Source of the DNA: Camelus dromedarius
Taxonomy: Eukaryota
DNA length: 64,000 nucleotides
Direction of reading: 5' to 3'
Assembly: GCF_036321535.1 (NCBI RefSeq)
Contig: NC_087436.1
Coordinates: forward strand, 34,474,001 to 34,538,000
The position numbers were made by a program, and so were the translations under genes. The notes under the pieces are model-generated. The model saw only the letters and a program-made list of their open reading frames with translations, searched no databases and was not told the DNA's origin. Of this stretch, positions 38,843 through 51,699 are shown piece after piece. The stretch's first letter is position 1, and every line of letters starts with the position of its first letter.

Positions 38843-40039
38843 CATTTTTAAGGCTCATGATTTAAAATGGATCAATCAACACATTTTTATTGAACTCCCT
38901 AGTTCATATGATAATGTATATATTATTTCATAAAATGGACATAGTTTCCATAAAGAAAAAATGCTATTAGCTACCTTGACAAGATCATAAAGATATGATC
39001 AAAAATTTCCAGGGAAAAATGATAAAAGCCTAAATATTTAATTATTCTAGCTTAAGACAGGGAATATATGGATAAAAGAAGAAAGATGTCAGTAAAGAAT
39101 ACAATTCTACAAAATAACAAAAATAAATAGAACCTCTTAATAGGATGATATACCTTTCTCTTTTCTAGTTCAGAAAATTTTATTACTGTGAACACTTACC
39201 TGAAAAAATAATTCTTATGTATAGTGTATTTGTGGTGATACTTGAAATAAGGTTTTAAATACATACACGTTTCCTTTTTGTAAGTACATTTCTATGATAA
39301 GAAAATAAAGAAATCATTTCGATTCCTCTCTGACGTTAAGTACATACATGAGACATTTTTCAGTGCATTTGCACATGATGTGCTTAGCATTGGTTACTAC
39401 CTAAAGGGTAACACTGATGTCTAGGAAATTTATTCATTCACTTAAGTATGAAATAGAAAATCAAAGCTTGGAAACCTGTCTGAAGTAGTAACCATGGTGA
39501 TATGTGATTAAGTATGAAGGGCATGTGATGACAAATGTGACATGTAAAATATGGGTTTATCTTCAGATATCTTGTCTAACTACTTTTCACTGACCATGTT
39601 TATTTTGACCCTCACCAATTCTTGACATTGCAGGTCTGCCAAGGCTTACTTATGCCCCTCAATTAACAGGTGCACTGCTGATATTTGAGAATGTCCTTCA
39701 TTTTTCCTTGTATTGACTCTTTCTTTAAGTACAGGAAGAGAAATCAGTATGTGACTGTAGCAAATACCTTTAACAAGTTTCCGCCAAATTAAGATTCATG
39801 AGAACAGAAAGTGGTATCACACAATCTTGATTTCCATAAAAAATTACTTATTATTTAAAATTACTTCCAACTTGGAGATTGAAGTTAATGTAACCTGCAA
39901 TGATGACAACATTAATTGGCATTTCTTTCAGCTGCCTTACAGATTTTACAGGGAGAATGCATGGAAATCATTTCAAGGAAATACATTTTTGGAATGTCTC
40001 CACTTACATGAACCGAGTTCTAAGTTACATCCAATGGCT

Positions 40040-40228
40040 TACAAACCTGACTTCAGTTTATGTAATCTATCTAAGCTTTGATTTCCTCATCTGTAAAGAG
40101 GGAGAATATATTTTTATCAATACATACAATACTTATACCATTTTCCACAAAGATCTAAGTATTAAATGAGATAAATCAATAAAAATATGTAGTGTGGTTT
40201 CAGGTCCATAGCAAATAATCAAAACCTT
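40040..40228 (+). mobile_element. MIR SINE fragment
   Basis: TTTCCTCATCTGTAAA core and ATTAAATGAGATAA. Confidence 0.7.
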
Positions 40229-40429
40229 CTATCCAATTACATTAGCTGAGAAATGACAAAGAAGGTGAATGCCTTCTTGACTGCCTTTGAAAATTGTCAT
40301 TTGCCTTTTATATTTTTAATCTTGGATAGTCTAAGTTTTTTTTTTTTTTTTTTAACAGATTCAAGAAACGGAAGGAAATACTGGCAAATAGTTAACAGAC
40401 TCATGGTTGCAATTGTCCTTCCTAAGTAT

Positions 40430-40845
40430 TGTGGCTACTCTGCAGAAACAGAACAGACCCTCAACCATGATCTAGTTCAGATGTCAAGACAGATGATGCC
40501 ACACACACACCAAGAGGATGTGAAAACATTTATTACTCACATAATGAGGCTTTGGGGGATGGATGGGGCAAGTCTCCCAAGCTGGTCTGAAAATAGCTTG
40601 AGAGAGCAAGGGAAGGAGACTGTCTTGGGGTTTTTACTGTGGTTAGGAGTGACTTTTAGATGAGGGTTCCCATGTGCGAAGAGGAACTTGCATGATTTGA
40701 GTCTCCCCTGCCTGGCACCAAAGCAAGGGTGCACCTAGGCGTTCTTATCAGCTTGCCCAGATGGGGAGCAGGAGAGAAATGAGATCTGAGGCTTAAAAGT
40801 TGTCGGAAGCTAAACATCAAAAGTGGAGTAAGAATTTTTATTTCA
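40430..40845 (-). mobile_element. Solo LTR (MER73/74/76-like; subfamily uncertain)
   Basis: TG..CA bounded ~415-bp block of raised GC; minus-strand AATAAA (TTTATT near 40529); AAACATCAAAAGTGGAGT near the minus-strand 5' end. Confidence 0.6.
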
Positions 40846-40999
40846 TCAATTGTTCATACAAACATAGATGTCACAAGGAGGAAACCGATGATATATAGTT
40901 TTATAGCATTTAACAAACATCAAAACACTTCATAATTAAATGAATGTTATTAAAAACTATAGGAATATTTTCAATGTTTATAGAAATGTTAGTAACAAT

Positions 41000-41445
41000 A
41001 AAGATTTCTGATAAATGAATATAAAAAGATGAAAATTACTAAGGAAAATAGTCAGAAGACCATATACTGCTAATTTATAAAAGAAGAAAGGCAAATGTAG
41101 AACACATTAAAAAAATCCTCGATAGTGTCAAAGAAATATTTTTAAAGACTACAAATCAGATATATTTTTCCTCTGGCAAAATGGCACAGATTAACAAAAG
41201 TAATAATAATTGGAGTAAGTGGTCATCCTGAGAAATGACACTTTTGTGAACTATTGGTGGGAGTTGTGATGGTGCACTTTTATGAACAGTGTTGGAAATA
41301 AGTGTCAAAGTCTTTTAAAGGTGTGGAAATTCTCTGATCTGGCAATTCCACTTTAAAATTTTATTTGGAGAAATAAAATAGATATGCATGATTATTTATC
41401 TTCAAGGATGACCAGCATTGAGCTCTAAATACTGAAAACAAAATC
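41000..41445 (+). mobile_element. Old L1 (L1ME-like) fragment
   Basis: CTATTGGTGGGAGT..TGATCTGGCAATTCCACTT motifs of the L1 ORF2 end. Confidence 0.6.
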
Positions 41446-41811
41446 CAGGAGCATAAGAACTCTTACAAGTCCAGCATTTCATCCCATTCATGTCATCCAT
41501 CCCATGCCATCCATTCTATCCCCAAGTCCTGTGACTCTACCTCTAAAAGCATATCCTTACCTCCTCCTCTTCATCTGCTCAACATTCCCCAATCCAAGCC
41601 ATCTTACTTTATCTGGACTAAAAATAGCCCACACTTCATATCTCTGCCTCTGCTCCTCTCCCAGCCCACCATATTCCATTTTCCACCCAGAAGTTACCTG
41701 TTTTTAAAGAAAATCACACATAGCATTCTTCTACTTAATAATTATTTAATTACCTTTTATATAAGTTAAAGTTTTGGGGGGTTGGATTTTATTTTAACTT
41801 GAATGAAAAAT

Positions 41812-42341
41812 AAGCCATATAAATCCAGCAATCCCATCTCTGGACATGTATTCAAAAGACCTGAAATCAATCTCTAAGAAATATCTGTGCCCCCATGTTC
41901 ATTATAGCACTACCACAATAGCCAAGATTTGAAAACAACCTAAATGTCCATCAAAATGGGAATGGATAAAGAAAATTTGGAATATATACACAATGGAATA
42001 TTGTTCAGCCATAAAGAGAAGGAAATCTTTCCATATATGATAACATGGATAATCCTGGACATTATGCTAAGTGAAATAAGTCAATCACAGAAAAACACTG
42101 AGTGATTCCACTTAAGTAACATATCTAAAATAGTCAAAATCGTAGACACAGAGTAGGATGGTGGTTGGCAGGTGCTGGGTACAGTGGAAAATGGAGAATT
42201 GCTTTTCGATGGATATAAAGTTTCAGTTATGCAAGATAAATAAGCCCTACAGACTTAATGTACAACATTGTACTGTATTGTACACTTAAAAATTTAAAAG
42301 GACAGATCCCATGTGTAGTGTTCTTTCCATAATTAAAAAAA
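41812..42341 (+). mobile_element. L1MA-type 3' end
   Basis: ATCCAGCAATCCCA..CCCATGTTCATTATAGCA..CAACCTAAATGTCCATCA..GAATGGATAAAGAAAAT..ATTATGCTAAGTGAAATAAG; ends in an A-run. Confidence 0.92.
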
Positions 42342-42678
42342 TTAGTAAAATCAAATCCAAACCTCTAACCATAGATTACATAACCTGGCACAACTGCCTT
42401 TCCATTTTCACCTTGCTATCAATTTCTCTCCTGCTCAATAATATTTCCCACAACTTCTGAAGTTACTTTTCTTTTTCTTCTCCATTACATTGAAGTTTAT
42501 TTCCACTTTAGGGGTTTGCATTTTTTCTTTTTAATGCTGCCTGGAAACCTTCCCTCATGGATGGCTCCACCTCATTATTTAGGCTTTATTTCAAACATCA
42601 GATCCTCTTCCTCTCCTGACTAACCCCACTGAATTACACACCCTTCACCCTTCCACCATCACCTTTTATGTTATTCTG

Positions 42679-42702
42679 GTGTGTGTGTGTGTGTGTGTGT
42701 GT
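42679..42702 (+). repeat. (GT)12 microsatellite
   Basis: Counted directly. Confidence 0.97.
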
Positions 42703-44829
42703 TTCCCAACACATTATCAAATCAGACTTTTTGGTGTTCTTACTTTATTTTCAGTTTCCTTCCTACCACACTGTAGGCTCCAAAAGCAGAAGGCGGACTG
42801 TCTAGAATAATGTTTGCACATATCAAGTGCTCAGTAAATAGCTCCTGAGTAAATGAATATATAAAGAGCAGAAGTACTGAACAACAATATATTATCAGAA
42901 CTATGTGTGGGTAGTGAAAGAATAAATAATTTCCCCTTCGTTATCCTCTCCTGAATCTCCAAGATTTCCCTCATCAACACACACTATATTTGTATAAAGT
43001 AAATTATAAAAAGTGTGCAAGTAATTTAAACCCTTTTTATTCTCCTACCGTAAAATCCTGTATACTAAATTTTAAAAATTAAATCTCTCTTATTTTTTAG
43101 TACTTTGAAGTATCTCAACAAAAGAAAATAGCAATTTGATGTACTTGATGACTGAAGACATTTTCCAGATTTTATGGTCAAATTCTATAGGAGATGCTAA
43201 ATCTAGAAGGTGAAAAACATAAAATTAACCTGCAAGGATTATATAATCTGAGTTTGCCTTTTAAAAGTTCCTATTATAAATGTGGTTACTGGAGTTTCTC
43301 TCTTCTTCTTATGAATTCAGAAGAAACACTAAACAATTATTATTTGCGCATTTCCACTATTTGGTTCACATAATCACAAATTGATTCTGCAGGAAAAATA
43401 AAATGGTGATAATAATACAAAAATATTATGAAAATTAAATTTAAAAACACTTTTTCTTTTCTTCTTTTCTTGGATCTGGGGATTATGCATCTTGCTTTAT
43501 ACTACATACTTTCCAAGTTTCATGAAGTGAAATAAAATTAATGGGAAAAAGTTGTAGTCTCAAAGCCCAAGCTAAAGTCTGTGAAAATCATTATTGGTGT
43601 TCTAATTATTGACACATGCCATATTCCTTGGCCAAATGTGTAATTTTATTAGGATTGTTCTATATAATGAGCCATTAATTTCATAGAAATACAAATTAAG
43701 CCCCTAAAGGCAATAAATATCAAAAAGTGAGTCATTTTCCATGCTTAATAGTAATACGAGAAATGAAGATTTTAGAAATAATCTGAATAAGGTATGTTGC
43801 TATATTTCCGATGATTTTTGGTCAGTAAAATGGATTTTTCTGGTATGGAAAATTACAGTCTTACTTGTTCAAACAAAATTTCCACATCCAGAAGAAGATA
43901 AAATAACTTAAAAGTAAGATGCATTCTATTCTTATAAAATCTTCTTATTCACAGGAATACTTTACACTCTTAGTTATCAACTACCTTGCTTCTCATTTGA
44001 ATATTTGTCAGTTTGGCCTAATAGTTGCATAACTTCCTATTCATGCTGTATAATATGTAATGGAATATTAATAAAAATCAATAATGGATATAACAGAGGA
44101 AAGAAGAAAAAATATGTCTCTGCAAGGCTGTTCATGGATGTCAAAACAAATCAGCAAGAGTACAGAAGGTTCTGTTTCAATTATATTTCGAGAGAGGGCA
44201 TGAGAATGGAGAGAGAATTAGTTTCCTCTCCTTTACTGCTTAAACTATAAAACTATGAAGCATTAAATGTCTTCTGGGAGCTCACCCAATTTCTGGAAAA
44301 ATAAGGCTTGATTCTGTGGAATTTGATGCATTCTTTCCAGAGTATAAGCTCATCCAGAGTTAGAGTGCTAAATAAAAGCTGGAAACAGGGTAAAAGAGAA
44401 GAGGGGGGAAAAGCTAATAAAATAATGATGAAAAGACAAGGAACAAGTGCCATACACGTTAATAACACTCATTTTGAAGGGTAATATTTAAATAAGCTTG
44501 AAAAGTGAGCCACTGGAGAATTGAGATTAAAATTAAATCACATGCTTGTTGAATAATTATTTGACTAGAAGCTAAACACATTCATTAGCAAATGCAAATG
44601 ATTCTTTTAATTAGACACCAACAAATGAGGTCCAATAGCAGAAGCCATGCTATTTGGTCTTGATGGATTTTCATTATAGAGCTTCAACATTTCCACAATA
44701 TTTCCCCAAGTTTTCTCTATAGTCACTTAGAATATGAGTTTAAAACTTCTAAATATTTTAATATATCTATAAATATGTTGAATCTCTACCACAATCAAGA
44801 TCAAAAGGCAAAGTTTGTTCCTTCTTATT

Positions 44830-45140
44830 TCTAATTGGTATTCTGTTGTGCAGACATGGATTTACCAGAGTTTGTTGATCCATTCACCCATCAAAGGATA
44901 TTTGGGTTGTTTCCAGTTCTTGAAAGTTATGAATAGAGCTACAGTAAGTATTCATGGGCAGGTTATTTTGTGAACATTACCCAAGAGTGGGATTGCTGGG
45001 TCACATAGAAACTATATGTTTAACTTTGTAAGAAATTGCCAACTATTTTTCCAGAATACCTAGGACATTTTGCACTCCCACCAGCAATGGCCAAGAGTTC
45101 TAGCTGCTGCAAATCTGAGCCATGACTTAGTATTATCACT
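44830..45140 (-). mobile_element. Old L1 fragment
   Basis: TCCATTCACCCATCAAAGGATATTTGGGTTGTTTCCAG..GGATTGCTGGGTCA..CTCCCACCAGCAATG. Confidence 0.88.
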
Positions 45141-46087
45141 CCTGATATTCCAACTTTGCTTCTGCTATCATTTCCCTCTGGCTAAAAAACTTTCTTAAGT
45201 ATTTCTTTTAGAGAAAGTCTAATAGCAAGAAATTTTCTCAATTTTTCTTTATGAAAATGTCTTAATTTCACCTTTATTCTTAAAGGGTAGTTTTTTTGAA
45301 TATAGAATTCTGGTTCTAGGTTAGCACTTGAAATATATATTATTAGGCTTGAAGAATCCTTAAAGAAAGATGGAGTTATAATTGTGAAATATTATACAGT
45401 TGTGACTTAATTATTGAAGTGGAACTTCAAAGCTTTCATCAGAAAAGAAGACATTATAGATTAAAAAGTTGGGGACAAGTGATATCATACATAATTTTCA
45501 GCATTCAGTAAAAATTCTATTCAATTAAAAAATAGCCAAGAGATAAAACAGATATTTCAAAAAGACCCACAAGTTATCTGGATATTAAAATTTTCAGACA
45601 CTGAAACAGCTGTGAATAATATATTCAAGAAAATATATGACAGAATGAAATCTAAAAAAGAAATGCAAAGAAATAGAGCAAAGATACAACAACAAATGGA
45701 GAATTGAACAGATTAAAGTAGATTAGACCCAGCAAGTAAGAGTATTAGTGAGTTTCATGTTGGATCAGAAATATACAGACTAAAAGATATATTAAGAAGG
45801 AAAATAATAAACTAATGTAAGAGACCCATGAGTCACAAAGTAAAAAGTCTGAGAAATGTGATTGGATCCCCAGAAAGTAAACTAGCTAAAGAATTACAAG
45901 TTTAGAGAACCAATATTTTATAATGAACTGGAAGCACCCTTGCTGAAACTTTTCCCTGAAAGCAGACATTATCTTTATTACACGGCTGTAAATCAATAAG
46001 AATATGGCTTGTGCTTATTCAGTATATCCTATTATGTTTCTTACTGTGATCAGTGGCATATACATTACTAATAAGAGTATACTAGCG

Positions 46088-46738
46088 CTTTCTTCAAAAA
46101 ACTTAAAACAGAAATACCATATGACCCAATAATTCCACTCCTGGGTATATATTTGAAGAAAATGAAAACACTAATTTGAAAAAGTATATGCACTGCAATA
46201 TTCATAGCAGCATTATTTGCAACAGCCAAGATATGGGAACAACTCAAGTGTCCATCAACAGATGAATGGATAAAGAAGATCCAGTATATATAAATGCAGT
46301 GGAATGCTACTCAGCTGTTAAAAAAGAATGAAAGTTTACCATTTGCAACAATAAGATGGACCTGGAGGGTGTTATGCATAGTGAAATAAGTTGACAGAGA
46401 AAGACAAATACTCTATGCTATCACTTATATGTGGAATCTAAATAATACAATAAACCTGTGAAATGACAAAAAAGAAACAGACTCGTGGATACAGGGAGCA
46501 AATAAGTGGATACCAGTGGGGAGAGGGAAGGCAGGAGGCAAAAGAGGGGTAGGGAATTAAGAGGTGCAAACTATTATGTTTAAAATAAATAAGCCATAAG
46601 GTTATACTGCACAACAAAGGGAATATAGCCAACATTTTAAAACAACTAGATGGAATATAATCCATAAAAATGTTGTATCACTATATTGTACACCTGAAAC
46701 TAATATAATATGGTCAACTATACCTCAGTAAAAAAAGA
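46088..46738 (+). mobile_element. L1 3' end (ORF2 C-terminus plus 3' UTR)
   Basis: TTCTTCAAAAAACTTAAAACAGAAATACCATATGACCCAATAATTCCACTCCTGGGTATAT..GTACACCTGAAACTAATATAATAT..CAACTATACCTCAGTAAAAAAA. Confidence 0.95.
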
Positions 46739-46749
46739 ATTTCCATTCA

Positions 46750-47395
46750 TCAAAACATCATTAGGAAAGTGAGAGGTAAGTCAAAGTGGGAGAAAATTTG
46801 CAAATATAGGTCTAATGCAGGATTTGTATTAGAATATATAAACAACTGCTGCAAATCAAAAAGAAAAAGACAGACAGCCCAACAGAAAATAAGCAAGACA
46901 AACTGGTATATACAAACGTTATGTACAAATGGCCGTGAAGCAAGTGAAAAAGTGACCATTTTCATCATTCTTCAGGGAAATGCAAAATAAAACAATGAGA
47001 TAGCACTAAATAGTCTCCAGAGTGGCTTAAATTAAAACAAAAACAATAGGTCTTACAGGGGAAATGAGAAGCAAGTCTTGTCTCAGTGCTATTGGGGGGA
47101 TGTAAATTGATAAACAATCACTGTGCTCACTATTTGACACCATCTACTAAACCAAACATACACCTATCAACACTTTTACCCCTAAGATATCTTCCCAATA
47201 AAAATGTGTCCATTGAGCACCAGTAGATATGTATAGGAATGATTGTAGCCACATTATTTGTAATATTTAAATACTGAAAAAATCTAAATGTCTATAGTAC
47301 TAAAGGGATAAGGAAATTTCATATTCCTGCACTAGGATACTATACAGCAGTGTGAAAAATAAACTAGTGCTAATGCAACTAACTTCATGGAAATA
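46750..47395 (+). mobile_element. Older L1 fragment
   Basis: GGGAGAAAATTTGCAAAT, TCAGGGAAATGCAAAATAAAACAATGAGATAGCAC, ATCTAAATGTCTAT. Confidence 0.75.
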
Positions 47396-48989
47396 ATTTT
47401 GTTCCATTTTAAATATTCTCCCTTTGCTTAGAAAAAGAACAGAGTAAATTTGACATTTGCTTTTAATTATCATGTAGTTCACATCAAGCATGCTAGGGAT
47501 CAGTTAGGACATTATTGCAATGAATCCTTCACAACTCAGTCCCCAGAACTGGCATTTCCACACAGCCCTTATTTTAGGAGTTTTAAATATGACTCGGAAA
47601 GTTTGTTTGTGGTGAGAAATCCTTACATGACTTACCCCTTAAAGAAGAACATCTCCGATGATCTATCCTGAAGGTGACAGAAAAACCAGTAAGGAAACTT
47701 TATTTCTGTTTCTTTGTCTCTTGCTTTTGAGCACTTGAAACTCTGTTTTTATAAGAAATAATTTGAAATTATTATTCTCATTTGTTTATTCATTTGTGCA
47801 ATTTTGTTTATTCATTTTTTACTGCTACTTTTATAAAAAACAGTTTTGCAAGAATATGGGCTTTGTTGGTATGCACTTTTAATTTATAGAATACTAAATA
47901 TACAGAATTAAATGTGTACTTAATAGCTCCAGTTACAGGAAATGACTTGTGCTTATTCAGTATATCCTACTATGTTTCTTACTGTGATCCATGGCATATA
48001 AGTTACTAATATGTTCAGTTGAAAACACTGGATTACTTAAGATTGCCTGGATAGTGTTTCAGGTAGAATGACAATAAATTTTTACCTATTACTCCTACAC
48101 CCAATTTTAGAATATCTTTTTCAAAGCAGAGTTTGAACTATAAAAGTAGATATTTTTCTTCCAATCTAGAAGTTCATTAAAATTTTTTTGATTACACAAA
48201 TATAATGGAAGTGTTAATTACTGGTCTAAAATAATCAACCAAAGGTCAAAGTATAACTTCCTACTTCAGAGACTAAAATGAGAAGGAATATTGATTGTAG
48301 GTAGAGTGGAAAATAAAATGCAAGCAAATCAGCTTGATAAGATTCTACATGAGGCTTCTCAAAGTAAATCTGTGCAGTGAGGTGTGAATTGCATTCTCCG
48401 TTCTCTTATGCATTTACTTAAAATAATTATACTTAATTTGCAAATTCACTGGAAAATAACTTGCAGCGGATTCTCAGATAATTAAATTTAGCAAGGATCA
48501 TATTAAAAAAAAAACCACAGTGGTAAAAATGCATACAATATGCAGACATGTACATGTGTATATGATACATTGATACAGATACTGATAGAGATATATAGGT
48601 ATATGCATAAGGCATTGTAGGTATGTAAATGCATATGTATTCATCTACATATCTTCTTGATGCTTGCATCTGAGATGACAGAATCACTGTTTTGTTTAAA
48701 GGATTTTATAAAAATAAATAGACCCTTTTGAAAGAAATATTTTTGAGCATATTTTCCAGGGTTTTTCTTTGCTGGAATGTATCCCCCTTATCTCTTCTTG
48801 AGATTAAGGATCTTAAATCACCTTCCATCAGTAAAAGTGGGAGTCATAGACACCTGACACAAATAATTGTTAATATTCATTGAGGTCTTGCTACTCATCT
48901 TTGCCTGAGCTCCTAGTGATCCCATCATGAGCTTTCACCCGAACGACTGTGTTAACCCCTCTCAAAATGTGGGGTAAGTGTGAACTTAT

Positions 48990-49125
48990 TTATTAAATGG
49001 CTACTTATTGACTGCCAACTATATGCCATGCACTAGTCTAGACTCTGGGGAGATATCAATGAACAAAACAAACCAAATCCGAGTCTTTATGAAGCTTGCA
49101 TTCTCGCTGGTGGTGGGACAGATAC
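48990..49125 (-). mobile_element. L2 3'-end fragment
   Basis: TTATTGACTGCCAACTATATGCCATGCACT..ATGAACAAAACA..TCTTTATGAAGCTTGCATTCT. Confidence 0.8.
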
Positions 49126-51699
49126 AGATTGTGGTGAGTGCCAGTAGAGGGGAAAAGATAATTGTAAAAGAAATTTCTTACTAGCTTATCTGTGAAAAGA
49201 AAAATCTCTCCCTTTTTCATTCATAGAGCATCATAAAGAAATAAATACATATATACAGAATATTTCTAAAAGACATGGTACTTCAAGAAATCCAGGTAAT
49301 TATAATTCATTTAGTTTTGTGTAGAACACTTAAAAAGACACTGAGCATGTAAACAAATTTAAAACACAGTTCCCTTGACCTTAAGGAACTTCTGTCCCTG
49401 TTGTGAAACATCATTTACAAGTCCCAGGAGTCCAGCCCTTCTGTTGCTTTGAGGCACACAAACTGAGAAGCAAATCCGGTGACAACCACTCACCATCAAC
49501 ATCCAGGGAGGGCCACTGGCTCAGAACAAATGCTTTATTTGGATGCCTTTAGCTATTTGAGACATATTTATTCTGATTGAAAAGACTTTTTCCTTTTTAA
49601 AAAATGGGATGGGTATCCCAGTTGAAGCTGATTTTCAGTAGCATTTAACTTCTAACTAAATAAAATGAGTTCTGCAAAATATGAGAGTCATCCTGGCTGA
49701 AGCCGGTTCGTTGTGGTAGGAAATCCGAAACCCTGGAGGTCTTTCTGTCTGCTTATTATCAAAGTAGCTTTTGTGAACTGAAAGATCCTCAACGATCTCT
49801 AGCTAAAACAGATGGAAATTTACTAAGCCTTCATGTGGAAAGCTTTGTCTAAAAAGAGCACATTTTAGAACCTAGCCATGATTACTTTTATTTTATTATA
49901 TAACCCAGAATGTCTCAGAAAAAAACAAATCCAGAAAGGAACTGTTACAGGCCCATTCATCCATAAATGAAGTACATCATGAAAGTCAGCTATGAGGAGT
50001 GACTTTAATTACTTTGCCACCAAAAATACAAAAAATATTCTCATTTGGTCATTCTCACCCTGCATTGGAATCATACTGTCAGAAATTACATGGCAAAGAA
50101 TATATTTCTCTTTTTACTTCATGCAAAAGTTTTTGCATTCATGATGAATTCATCTTTTAAGTATAACTTTGAATCAGTTTTTACTGGCTTTTCAAATTCT
50201 GAGTTAACTTTTGAGCGGGAGTAATGACACCAGAAGAACGCTGCAGGGAAACTCACTAATGTAGTATCAAGTATCCTCCTTTCTTGTATGCTGGAGTGTG
50301 AATGTTCATTCTGGGAGCGGTTAACTAAAAGTTAAATCTTTTGAGAAATCAACCTCTCAACATCGGCTAGCTGAACAGTAAATGCTTCCACGTGTGATAA
50401 AAGCAAAGACTCTTATTTCACCCCCCTCCCCAGCTGATTAGGAAAAGCAAGGCTTTCTTACACAATTTTAGTGGAGAGATTGAAACCATCAATCGTTCTG
50501 TCGGAAAGACCATAGTGGAAAACATGAGAAGAGAGAGAAGATGAAATTACTTGACGCTTGGATCCAGTTCATTCACAGAGTGAAGTCACGTTTTCTCTCC
50601 TTCTCCCACATTCTTCTCACAATGCTAGACAACTGTTCTGGAAATCATGGTTTGACTATGTGGCTATAAAATCTGTAAATAAAACACTGAATATTTTCAG
50701 CGCTCTTTATCTTGAAATTCTAATGTATAGATAAGAACACCTGATAATGTTATATTCATCAATATTGTACTTTTTCAAATAACTTGATAATGGAGTTGAA
50801 ATTATTTAGAATTTGCCGTGCATAGCTAAAAAACAATTACCTTTATGATTTGAATCAGAGTTCTAGTGTAAAATGTACAAAGTTCCACTTACAGAGAAAG
50901 AATAAAATAAGCAATCTTTCCTTAGTGGTTCATAATCTATTCCAAATCAAAGGAACTATTGAGCCAGTATTGCTGCCAAAAGAGAATTCATGTTGATTAC
51001 AGCACTTCATAGAGTCAGATAGTCACTTCACAGCTAAAAAAAGTACATGAGTCTTTGTTTTGTGTCCTGCAAGTAGAAAGGTCACCTATGGAGAGTATCC
51101 AAGGAAAATCTGCAGTTCTTAAGGGTTTCCAAGCAAACAGTCCTCGTTATCTCCACTAATTTTTCTTAAAAATGTTATACTCAGAAATTTTTATGAAAAA
51201 CTGTGCCAAGAGTATCATATTACAACATTAAATACACATGATACAGTAGTAAAAAAAATTGTTTATCCAAAAAAGCAGGGAAAGTGTTTAATAAACTTAA
51301 AAAAAAAGTTTGTTAACTAAAAGTAAAAAAAAAAACTGAAAAATTTACTAAAAATGTATATTGCAATAACAATTTTAACAACTCTCCAGATTTTCACCTC
51401 CTTTTATGTCTCCCCTTACAATACCTTCACCAAAAATTCCCCAAATTGTTCACACTTCTAGTGAAGATTGCATTATAAATGCACACTTTGACAGTGCTTT
51501 TCCTTTACCTGAACAAATAAGTATGATACATAAGGTACAAAAGAAGAAACATTAAAACCCTCTCTCAGGCTCAAAACAATAGAATTAGTTCTGGGAAGCA
51601 AAAATAAAAAACAAATTCTTAGAACTGAGAAGAACTGAAGCTGCAGATCTGCTAGATTTTGAGTCCAGGAAAACAAAAATAAAACAACACATACATTTA

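Larger units (their letters stand above)
41490..42860 (+). mobile_element. L2 fragment split by a younger L1
   Basis: CCAAGTCCTGTGACTCTACCTCTAAAAGCATATC before the L1; AAAATCAAATCCAAAC..GCTGCCTGGAA..AAGTGCTCAGTAAATA..GAGTAAATGAAT after it. Confidence 0.75.
46008..48011 (+). repeat. 66-bp direct duplication (46008-46073 and 47946-48011)
   Basis: CTTGTGCTTATTCAGTATATCCTAYTATGTTTCTTACTGTGATC..TGGCATATA..TTACTAATA; 5 mismatches in 66 by manual alignment. Confidence 0.95.

Noticed and set aside
49685..49851. Start-less open frame of about 55 codons (ESSWLKPVRCGRKSETLEVFLSAYY..)
   Set aside because: No convincing acceptor or donor and no recognisable homology
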